Below are positions 44,107 through 51,207 of a stretch of 51,207 nt of DNA, in pieces. The DNA comes from Bacillota bacterium (GTDB taxonomy: Bacteria; Bacillota; Clostridia; Christensenellales; CAG-138): the NCBI GenBank assembly GCA_023416895.1, contig JAEZGQ010000072.1, forward strand, positions 1 to 51,207. The letters are read 5' to 3'. The position numbers and the translations under genes were made by a program. Under the pieces are notes generated by a model. It was not told where the DNA came from and did no database searches. It was given only the letters and a program-made list of their open reading frames with translations. The number at the start of each line of letters is the position of its first letter. The stretch's first letter is position 1.

Positions 44107-45585
44107 CTAAGAGCGGAACAGCCTTTCTTTATCATGGTTGAGTGCATCAAGCTTGTTGATGTAAGTGGAAATATCCTTGGGTGCAGGGATGCGCTCCACG
44201 CGCTGCTCGCCGGCAAACACACGCTTGGTCATAGCGTTTGCGCCGTGGGCGAGAATGCTCCCCGTTTCCTCCATCATATCCACGTTGTAAACGCATTCCG
44301 TACCAATCTTTGCGTAGCCAACGTTTTCAAGGTTGCCGCGCATGTACTTTTGGCGGTACATATAATAAGGCCTCATAGAAAGCCCCTGTGCGCACAAGCG
44401 CCCAGCGTCCACCATGCGGTCTGCTTCCTCCGCGCCTACAAGCGGGTAATCGGCAAGCCTGTCCTTCAAAAGCGACGAGCGTTTTATGGCAAGCGTGTGC
44501 ACCGTAAGATTCTCCGGGGAGTGAGCGGCTACGGCATCGAGCGTTTTTTGAAAATCAAAAAGGCTTTCGCCGGGCAAACCGGCGATTACATCCATGTTGA
44601 TGGAGGAAAAGCCCGCGTCGCGCGCCATATGAAACGCCGTTTCCACCTCTTTGGCGCTGTGGCTGCGGCCGATGAGCGCAAGGGTTTTGTCGTTCATGGA
44701 CTGCGGGTTTACGGAGATGCGCGTAACGCCGAGGCGTTTAAAAACGTTGAGCTTTTCGCGATCGAGGGTATCGGGCCTTCCTGCCTCCACGGTAAGCTCC
44801 CTGCCGAAGCCGCCGTAGGCCTCAAGCGCGAAGGACAGTAGGTTTTCAATCTCTCCCGCCGTTAAAACCGTGGGCGTTCCGCCGCCAATGTACATGCTTC
44901 GCACGGTGCGGCCTGCATCCCTAAGGAGCCGCGCGCCAAAGCGTATATCTTCTTTCAGCGCGTCGAGATAAGCCGCCATATCGGTTTTGTGGGTTCTTAT
45001 TTGCGAGGCAAACGAGCAATAAAGGCAGCGCGTTTTGCAAAACGGTATGCCGATGTAAATGCCCGTTTCCTTTTCATTTGCCATTTGCGGCATCTCATCC
45101 TGCACGAAAAGAATTTCCTCTGCAAGCGCGAGCTTTTGCGCGCTCACATCGAATTCATAGAGCATCATGCGCCGCGCGGCATCGTTCGTCGTGCCTTCCC
45201 TAAGCTCACGCAGAAGCCTTGTGGGGCGTATGCCAGTAAGCGAGCCCCACGGCAGAAACGTTTCTGAGAAGAGCTTTCGCATGGCACGAAACACTGCAAT
45301 TTTCACTGCACGCTTTTGGTAACGCTTTTGTTCAAGCGGCGTTTCACCATAGGTTTGGCTTTGGTAACGGTACTTTCCCTCGCTTAAAACGCCTTCTTCC
45401 ATGCGCCTGCAAGTGGCATCCGCCGTCCACATTTCGTTTCCGCCGTTTAAAAGTGCGGATACAAAAACGTCGCCGTCAAGCATCGGCTCCCTTCCGGGCA
45501 GAAGCTTTTCGGCGTCGAGAAAAAGGCGGAGCACCTCCGCGATGTCGTTTTCGTACTGCGGACAGTTTGTAAAAAGGCTTACCAT
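44107..45585 (-). CDS. hemZ: HemN-family radical SAM protein (HemZ-like coproporphyrinogen dehydrogenase family)
   Basis: IPFCKTRCLYCSF is the CxxxCxxC motif, and GGGTPT is present. The protein is 492 aa with the long HemZ-type N-terminal extension. The actual substrate is not inferable. Confidence 0.7.
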   Translation of the reverse strand: MVSLFTNCPQYENDIAEVLRLFLDAEKLLPGREPMLDGDVFVSALLNGGNEMWTADATCRRMEEGVLSEGKYRYQSQTYGETPLEQKRYQKRAVKIAVFRAMRKLFSETFLPWGSLTGIRPTRLLRELREGTTNDAARRMMLYEFDVSAQKLALAEEILFVQDEMPQMANEKETGIYIGIPFCKTRCLYCSFASQIRTHKTDMAAYLDALKEDIRFGARLLRDAGRTVRSMYIGGGTPTVLTAGEIENLLSFALEAYGGFGRELTVEAGRPDTLDREKLNVFKRLGVTRISVNPQSMNDKTLALIGRSHSAKEVETAFHMARDAGFSSINMDVIAGLPGESLFDFQKTLDAVAAHSPENLTVHTLAIKRSSLLKDRLADYPLVGAEEADRMVDAGRLCAQGLSMRPYYMYRQKYMRGNLENVGYAKIGTECVYNVDMMEETGSILAHGANAMTKRVFAGEQRVERIPAPKDISTYINKLDALNHDKERLFRS

Positions 45586-46226
45586 ATTTCAGGATCAAAG
45601 CGCTTCATATACGGGTTATGGAGCCGCTCGGTTTCAAGCGTAGTGGAGCCCGCGTGGCCGGGATACACGGTATAATCCCCCGGGAGCGGGAAGAGCTTAT
45701 AGGAAATGGAATGGAAAAGCGCCTTCGGGTCGCCGCCCGGAAGGTCACTTCGCCCGACGCTCAGCTTAAAAAGCGTGTCGCCCGCAAACAAAACGCGCTC
45801 GCTTTCAACAACATAACACATGCCCCCAAGCGTATGCCCGGGCGTGGCAATCGCCTTGATTGTAAAGCCGGCGGCCTCAAAAACGTCGCCGTCGTTGAGC
45901 GCCCTGTCGGCGCGGCAGGCGCGCACAGGATAGCGCGACATGGTGGAAAGGTTCTCCGTATCGTCATAAAGCGCAGCGGCATCGGGCGCGCCGATGAACA
46001 CCTTCGCACCGGTTTCTTCCTGAAGCTGCGCCACGCCCAAAACGTGGTCAAAATGTCCATGGGTAAGAAGAATGTGGGTGAGCGTTAACCCTTGCGCCTT
46101 CAAATAAGCCGTCGCCTTTTTCGCGTCTGCCGGATCGACGATGAAGCATTCACCGCCCGGTGCGTTGTAGGCGACGTAAGTGTTGGTCTGAATGGGGCCG
46201 GAAGGGATGGTTTCAATGTGCATCAA
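45579..46226 (-). CDS. MBL-fold metallo-hydrolase (glyoxalase II-like)
   Basis: It has [14 protein letters not shown] and a later conserved D/H. The protein is 215 aa. Confidence 0.8.
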   Translation of the reverse strand: MMHIETIPSGPIQTNTYVAYNAPGGECFIVDPADAKKATAYLKAQGLTLTHILLTHGHFDHVLGVAQLQEETGAKVFIGAPDAAALYDDTENLSTMSRYPVRACRADRALNDGDVFEAAGFTIKAIATPGHTLGGMCYVVESERVLFAGDTLFKLSVGRSDLPGGDPKALFHSISYKLFPLPGDYTVYPGHAGSTTLETERLHNPYMKRFDPEIW

Positions 46227-46669
46227 AACAACCTCTTGCTTTCGAGTAGAATGGTAACGGGGCCGTCGTTGACAAGTGCAACGTCCATATGCGCGCCGAA
46301 CTCGCCGGTCGCCACGGGAACGCTTTCACGAAGCTTACAAATCGCCGCCTCGTAAAGCGGAATGGCCTTTTCCGGCCGCGCAGCGCGGATGAAGCTCGGA
46401 CGCTTGCCATGGCGCGCGTCGCCCAAAAGGGTAAACTGCGAAACGAGAAGAATCGACCCCTGTACATCCGACACCGACAGGTTCATTTTTCCCTCCGCAT
46501 CCTCAAAGATACGAAGGCCTGTAAGCTTTTCGCAGATGTAGAGCATGTCCTTTTCGTTATCGTCTTCCTCAATGCCCAAGAGCACCAAAAAGCCCTTTTC
46601 AATTTGCCCCGCAACGCGCCCCTCCACGGTGACGGACGCGCTGGAAACCCTTTGTACGACCGCTCTCAT
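46223..46669 (-). CDS. dtd: D-aminoacyl-tRNA deacylase
   Basis: It has [23 protein letters not shown] and NDGPVT. It lies downstream of relA, as in Bacillus. Confidence 0.9.
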   Translation of the reverse strand: MRAVVQRVSSASVTVEGRVAGQIEKGFLVLLGIEEDDNEKDMLYICEKLTGLRIFEDAEGKMNLSVSDVQGSILLVSQFTLLGDARHGKRPSFIRAARPEKAIPLYEAAICKLRESVPVATGEFGAHMDVALVNDGPVTILLESKRLF

Positions 46670-46706
46670 TGTAAAGCAAACCTCATCGCTTCGAATCGCC
46701 GTGTTT

Positions 46707-48872
46707 TCACACGTTCAGGCGGAACACCTCGGTGACAGAGCGAATCTTTCGCATGTTTTTGATGATGGAAGCAAGCTGATCGGCGTTTGTCACGTCGAAA
46801 GAAAGCTGCACAGTGACGATGTTGTTCTTATCGGTCTTTGCGGTCATGGCGCGGATGCTGATGTTCAGGTTCACAAGAAGCTGCGAAACATCCATCAAAA
46901 CGCCCGGCCGCTCGTTTGCGATAAGCTGAATGGTCGCCATGTAGGAAGACTTCGTGTCCTGCGCCCATTCCACGTCGATGATGCGCCCTTCGTCGAGCAA
47001 AAGCTCCCCGACGTTGGTACAATCCGCCCGGTGGATAGAAACACCTCTGCCGCGCGTAACGTAGCCGATGATTTTATCCCCTGGGAGAGGGCTGCAGCAA
47101 TGTGCAAAGCGAACCACCATGTTCGGCTCGCCCTTCACCACAATGCCGCGCGAATGGCTGGCGCGGTCGGACTTTTGCTCGTCCTTGTGCTCAAGCCTTT
47201 CAAGAAGCGCAGCGCGGCGCTCCTCCTTTTTGTGCTGCTCCACAAGCTTTTGGAGCACCTGGCCGGTTGTGATGCCGCCGTAGCCGATGGCGGCGTACAC
47301 ATCGTCGGTATCGTCCATATTGAAGCGCTTAAGGATGTCTCCAAAATACTCGTTTTTGGTGACATCAGAAAGCTGAATACCCTGGCGTTTCGCGGCTTCT
47401 GTTAGCATTTCCCTGCCGCGCTGAATGTTTTCTTCTCGGTTAGCTTTTTTGAACCACTGGCGTATTTTCGCCTTGGCCTGCTGGGTTTTTACGATTTTAA
47501 GCCAGTCGCGGCTGGGAGAAGCATTTGGTGCGGTGACGATTTCCACCACATCGTTGTTTTTCAGCTTATAGTCAAGCCGCACGATAGCACCGTTGACCTT
47601 GGCGTGCTGCGCACGGTTGCCGACGTTGGTATGGATGCGGTAGGCAAAGTCGAGCGGGGTGGAGCCCGTAACAAGGTCCACAATCTCGCCGCGCGGCGTA
47701 AGCACGTACACATAATCGCCAAAGAAATCCTTGCGGAGGGTTTCGGCGAACTCGCGCGTGCTGTCGGCGTAGTTTTCAAGGTCGAGTGCCTCGCGGAGCC
47801 ACGCAAGCTTGCTGTCGAGCTCGCTTTGGTTGGCGCGGCCTTCTTTGTACATCCAGTGCGCCGCGATACCGAACTCCGCCGTACGGTGCATTTCGGTGGT
47901 GCGGATTTGCACCTCGAAGGGCATGCCCCCGTCGCTGAAAAGCGTTGTGTGCAGCGAACGGTACATGTTCGTTTTGGGCATGGCGATGTAATCTTTGAAC
48001 CTACCGGGCACCGGCTTCCACAGCGAGTGAATAACGCCCAAAGCCGCGTAGCAGTCGCTCACGGTGTTGACGATCACGCGAACGGCGATGAGGTCGTAAA
48101 TTTCGTCGAGCTGCTTGTTTTGGCGGATCAGCTTTTTGTAGATGCTGTAAAGGTGCTTCGGGCGCCCGGAAATCTGCGCCTGAATGCCCGCTTCCTTCAA
48201 GTGCCCGGAAATGGCTTCGATGGCGGTGTTGAGCGTTTGCATGCGCTCACGCTGGTGTGGCTCAATGGCCGCCTTGAGCTTTTCGTATTCCTCCGGCCAG
48301 ATGTATTGGAAAGAGAGGTCCTCAAGCTCGCACTTCATCGCGCCCATACCGAAGCGGTGCGCGAGGCTTGCATAAACCTCGAGTGTTTCCTTTGCCTTTC
48401 TCTGGCGCTTTTCGGTGCAGCAGTAGCCGAGCGTGCGCATGTTGTGCAATCGGTCGGTGAGTTTGATGATCACCACGCGCACGTCGTTTGCGATGGCGAG
48501 CATCATCTTCCGGAGGTTCTCTGCCTGCTGATCTTCCTTGGTGGTGATGTTGCGGTTGCCCGTTTTTGTAAGCTTGGTAACGCCATCCACCATGCCGCCG
48601 ATGTCCGCACCGAACATAGCGGTAACGCCTTCTACCGTAACGCCTTCGCCGTCCTCCACCACATCGTGAAGAAGCCCCGCAATTACGGTATGGCTGTCCA
48701 TCCCCATTTCAAGAAGCATGAGCGCAACGGCCTCAGGATGTACGTAGTAAGGCTCGCCGGATTCCCTCAGCTGCTTTGCGTGAACTTTGCCCGTAAAATC
48801 AACAGCTTTTTGCAAAAGCTCCATTTCGGGCTGCGTAAACTTGCCTTTGCAGGCTTCGATGAGCTGATCCAT
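46707..48872 (-). CDS. relA: Bifunctional (p)ppGpp synthetase/hydrolase, RelA/SpoT (Rel) family
   Basis: The HD domain (HPEAVALML...LLHDVVED), synthetase core (YRSLHTTL...EVQIRT), TGS and ACT regions are present. ATG 48872 has an AAAGGAGGTGA SD. The track start 49022 lies inside an upstream hairpin. Confidence 0.95.
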   Translation of the reverse strand: MDQLIEACKGKFTQPEMELLQKAVDFTGKVHAKQLRESGEPYYVHPEAVALMLLEMGMDSHTVIAGLLHDVVEDGEGVTVEGVTAMFGADIGGMVDGVTKLTKTGNRNITTKEDQQAENLRKMMLAIANDVRVVIIKLTDRLHNMRTLGYCCTEKRQRKAKETLEVYASLAHRFGMGAMKCELEDLSFQYIWPEEYEKLKAAIEPHQRERMQTLNTAIEAISGHLKEAGIQAQISGRPKHLYSIYKKLIRQNKQLDEIYDLIAVRVIVNTVSDCYAALGVIHSLWKPVPGRFKDYIAMPKTNMYRSLHTTLFSDGGMPFEVQIRTTEMHRTAEFGIAAHWMYKEGRANQSELDSKLAWLREALDLENYADSTREFAETLRKDFFGDYVYVLTPRGEIVDLVTGSTPLDFAYRIHTNVGNRAQHAKVNGAIVRLDYKLKNNDVVEIVTAPNASPSRDWLKIVKTQQAKAKIRQWFKKANREENIQRGREMLTEAAKRQGIQLSDVTKNEYFGDILKRFNMDDTDDVYAAIGYGGITTGQVLQKLVEQHKKEERRAALLERLEHKDEQKSDRASHSRGIVVKGEPNMVVRFAHCCSPLPGDKIIGYVTRGRGVSIHRADCTNVGELLLDEGRIIDVEWAQDTKSSYMATIQLIANERPGVLMDVSQLLVNLNISIRAMTAKTDKNNIVTVQLSFDVTNADQLASIIKNMRKIRSVTEVFRLNV

Positions 48873-48989
48873 GCGCTCACCTCCTTTCAACGCGCTTCGC
48901 GCTTTCGCAAACATGGCTACGCCATATTTGCGAGGTTTCCACGATTTGCCTGAAACGCTCTGCGTTTCGGGCGGCAAACCGTGCAAGGT

Positions 48990-49022
48990 GTGTTTTCTGA
49001 CGCGCATGTCGTCAGAAAACAC
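48990..49022. other. Perfect 13-bp stem-loop 118-150 nt upstream of the relA start, with no U-tract
   Basis: GTGTTTTCTGACG (48990..49002) pairs with CGTCAGAAAACAC (49010..49022) around a 7-nt loop. Confidence 0.6.
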
Positions 49023-49109
49023 GGATTGATGGTTTGGGTGCCGCAGCTTTCAAGGTTGCGACAATGTGTGGGCCGCTATCCGGCCTTTCAGCAATCTATA
49101 ATAGATACC

Positions 49110-49154
49110 CCACAATAAGAAACGGCGCGGTGGCACCATGCTTCGATCCGCGCC
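49110..49154 (-). terminator. Possible terminator after apt
   Basis: GGCGCGG (49124..49130) pairs with CCGCGCC (49148..49154) around a 17-nt loop. The minus-strand tail is GTTTCTTATTG. Confidence 0.4.
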
Positions 49155-49169
49155 GCAAAATTCGGTTGT

Positions 49170-49691
49170 TTAAAACATCACCACGGTATCGATGTTGTAG
49201 CCTTGAAGCACTTCGCGGCCGTTGAGCTCGCTAAGCTCTATGGCGAAGCGTGCCGCAACAACCTCGCCGCCCGCCTGCTCCACAAGGCGGATGGTCGCAA
49301 GCGCCGTGCCGCCGGTCGCCAAAAGATCGTCCACAAACACGACCTTCTGACCGGGGAGAATGGCATCCGCGTGAATTTCGAGCACGTCGGAGCCATACTC
49401 GAGGCCGTACTCGTAGCGGTTGGTTTTACAAGGGAGTTTGCCGGGCTTCCTCGCAAGCACAAAGCCCGCGCGAAGCGCGTACGCGAGCGCGGAGCCAATC
49501 ACGAAACCGCGGGCCTCGGGGCCGACCACAAGGTCCACCTGAAGGCCATCAAGGCTCTTTACGATCCGCTCGATGAGCTCATGATAAGCGTCCGCGTCTT
49601 TGAGTAAGGTCGTAATGTCGCGGAACAAAATCCCCTTCTGCGGAAAATCGGGTATATTTCGGATGGTATCCTTAAGCTCCTTAAGCTCCAT
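49170..49691 (-). CDS. apt: Adenine phosphoribosyltransferase
   Basis: It has FPQKGILFRDIT and the PRPP loop VVFVDDLLATGGT. The protein is 173 aa and lies in the recJ-apt-relA synteny. Confidence 0.95.
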   Translation of the reverse strand: MELKELKDTIRNIPDFPQKGILFRDITTLLKDADAYHELIERIVKSLDGLQVDLVVGPEARGFVIGSALAYALRAGFVLARKPGKLPCKTNRYEYGLEYGSDVLEIHADAILPGQKVVFVDDLLATGGTALATIRLVEQAGGEVVAARFAIELSELNGREVLQGYNIDTVVMF

Positions 49692-51207
49692 GCTGCATTT
49701 CCTCCTTTAATTTGAGGGCATATGTTTCGTGGTTTTGTAAAAGGGCTTCTACGGCCCGAAACGTTTCGCTCTCCGAAAGCTCGCGCCGCGCGGCGGCGGG
49801 TTCGAACACGAGGTTTCCTTTTTTGTTTTCGGTAACGAACGCGAGCTCGCACATCACGTTAAGCGCAAGCGCACAGCGGCACCGAAGCGCGCCGGTGGCG
49901 GCACAAAGATGGTCGAGCGCGGCGGCGCGGTTGTAAAACGTGCGGTCGGCAGCCTTGAGCGCTCGGAAGTTGTCCGCAACAAAATCGCGGTCAAACATCA
50001 ACGCGTTTAAGAGGCTTTGCGCATCGAGCGCATCGGGCGGCGAAACATAAAGCTTCGCGTCTGGCGCAAGCTCGTTGAGCCGCGAAAGCACGCCCCCGCT
50101 CATCGCGTTGTCGTACACCACGATGTTTTGGAAGCGTGAAAGGTCGAGCTCGTCAAGCACGGGGGCAAGCAAAAGCGTATGGTAGGCGCAGGCGCTTTTT
50201 TCATTGCTGTGAAAGCGCGTGTCAAACGCTTGCAGCAAATTGCGCTCGCATGCAAGCCGCAAAAAGCGCGCCGCACCGCGCTGAGTAAAGCACAGCACCG
50301 CGACCCCCGCAAAGGAGCGTTCCGTCAGGGAAGCGGCCGTCTCAAACGCGTCCGAAACGACGGTTGCCCGAAAGCCGCACATATTATTATACAAAACATT
50401 GCGCGAGAATGCATCTATAAATTTCTCGCCGCGCGCGGCGGCATAGCGTTCTACCTCCGCTACAGGAGAGGGTCGCATTTCAGAAACGTAAAGCTTTACA
50501 GCCCGTTCGCCCCAAAAATCGTCGATTCTTGGAGTAAAAAGAAGATCGACTCTGTCAGCATCAAGCGCCATAGAGAGCCTGTCCCCCATGCCGAACGCCA
50601 CCCCATTCAAAAACACCCCTTCGTTTTCTAGGCTCGCGCTCAAATGCGTTCCCTCCGAGCCGATGCGCTTCGGGTTAACGACACGTACGCTGTCCGTACG
50701 GATAAGGGGCTCAGGGTTTCCTTCGCCAAACGGCTCAAGCCTTTCGATTTCCTCGGCAAGCACCATGTTCACCTTGGAAAACGGCAGCTCAAGTTCGTAA
50801 CTTTTCCGGGGCAAAAACAAGGAATCGTCCGCGGTTTCGCGAAGCGCCTGTTCAAACGCTTCCGAAAACGCCTCAAAATTCTCCTCCCGCATGGTAACAC
50901 CGGCCGCGTAAGCGTGCCCGCCGAAGCGCTCAAAAAGGCTTTCGCAGCGCTTAAGCGCAGCGTGAAGATCCACGCCGGGGATGCTTCTCGCGCTACCCGT
51001 AAGAAGCCCGTCTTTCTCAGAAAAAAGCACCGCCGGCCGGTAGTACCGCTCGGCGACGCGCGCCGCCGCAATGCCTACCACGCCGCTGTTCCAAGTTTCG
51101 CTTTTCAAAACGACCGCCCGAGCATCGGTCAGGTTTTTTCCATCCGCCATTTGGTAGGCGGATTCCAAAATGCCCTGTTCTTCCTTTTTGCGTCTGTCGT
51201 TGAGGGC
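49681..51207 (-). CDS. recJ: Single-stranded-DNA-specific exonuclease RecJ, C-terminal part; the 5' end lies beyond the right window edge
   Basis: The frame stays open to position 51207 (ALNDRRKKEEQGILESAYQM...). The DHHA1 region reads WNSGVVGIAAARVAERYYRPAVLF...FGGHAYAAG. The gene lies upstream of apt. Confidence 0.85.
   Translation of the reverse strand, partial: ALNDRRKKEEQGILESAYQMADGKNLTDARAVVLKSETWNSGVVGIAAARVAERYYRPAVLFSEKDGLLTGSARSIPGVDLHAALKRCESLFERFGGHAYAAGVTMREENFEAFSEAFEQALRETADDSLFLPRKSYELELPFSKVNMVLAEEIERLEPFGEGNPEPLIRTDSVRVVNPKRIGSEGTHLSASLENEGVFLNGVAFGMGDRLSMALDADRVDLLFTPRIDDFWGERAVKLYVSEMRPSPVAEVERYAAARGEKFIDAFSRNVLYNNMCGFRATVVSDAFETAASLTERSFAGVAVLCFTQRGAARFLRLACERNLLQAFDTRFHSNEKSACAYHTLLLAPVLDELDLSRFQNIVVYDNAMSGGVLSRLNELAPDAKLYVSPPDALDAQSLLNALMFDRDFVADNFRALKAADRTFYNRAAALDHLCAATGALRCRCALALNVMCELAFVTENKKGNLVFEPAAARRELSESETFRAVEALLQNHETYALKLKEEMQHGA

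Noticed and set aside
49124-49154. GGTGCCACCGCGCC downstream of apt looked like a second T-box sequence.
   Set aside because: It differs from the T-box core (GGTGGCACC here becomes GGTGCCACC). It has no Stem-I elements upstream and sits at the 3' end of apt, where it forms the arm of a simple hairpin. It is better explained as the apt terminator.
1-51207. Possible TAG reassignment, raised by the two TAG stops followed by in-frame protein-like sequence.
   Set aside because: I read the stop codon of every called gene; TAA, TGA and TAG are all in use. TAG ends ribF, rimP, hisS and the hemZ-like gene and is followed there by terminators, promoters or non-coding spacers.

Overview
The window reads as a conserved chromosomal core segment of a GC-rich Bacillota genome. 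The phylum call rests on PolC, SepF, a DivIVA domain, IreB, RnpM/YlxR and a T-box leader; a clostridial origin is only an inference. All 52 coding regions I can support lie on the minus strand.

Gene order, reading from high to low coordinates:
- recJ-apt-relA-dtd-MBL hydrolase-hemZ-like-GNAT-methyltransferase
- T-box::hisS-aspS-trxA-glyA
- UDP-sugar pyrophosphorylase-like, then an NYN/LOTUS protein
- Rrf2(iscR)-nifS-nifU-small membrane ORF
- ireB-ruvX-DUF1292
- rpsB-tsf-pyrH-flavodoxin-like-frr-small ORF-uppS-cdsA-dxr-rseP-ispG-polC
- rimP-nusA-ylxR-ylxQ-infB-rbfA-nrnA-truB-ribF
- rpsO, then pnp-deacetylase-M16 peptidase-dUTPase-like-HlyD-like-yggS-sepF-DivIVA-like
- an edge-truncated NdvB/GH94-like glucan synthase gene

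I see no rRNA, tRNA, CRISPR array, transposase, integrase or recognisable defence/toxin module. I cannot support a new multi-gene system here.

The second-look items are modest:
- a Q/G/Y-rich tandem repeat in the IF-2 N-terminus
- two coding regions absent from the ORF track: the edge-truncated NdvB-like gene and a 52-aa membrane ORF
- a TTG-initiated small ORF coupled to frr
- a recurrent A5-GTG...CAC-T5 hairpin capped by a GNRA loop
- stacked hairpins upstream of the NdvB-like gene
- two perfect 13-bp hairpins with no U-tract
- a hisS-aspS T-box with adjacent CAU and GAC triplets in the candidate specifier loop

Many ORF-track starts are over-extended. I trimmed them to the start codon that has a Shine-Dalgarno sequence and fits the family N-terminus. 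All family calls come from motif and synteny recognition by eye; no search was run.
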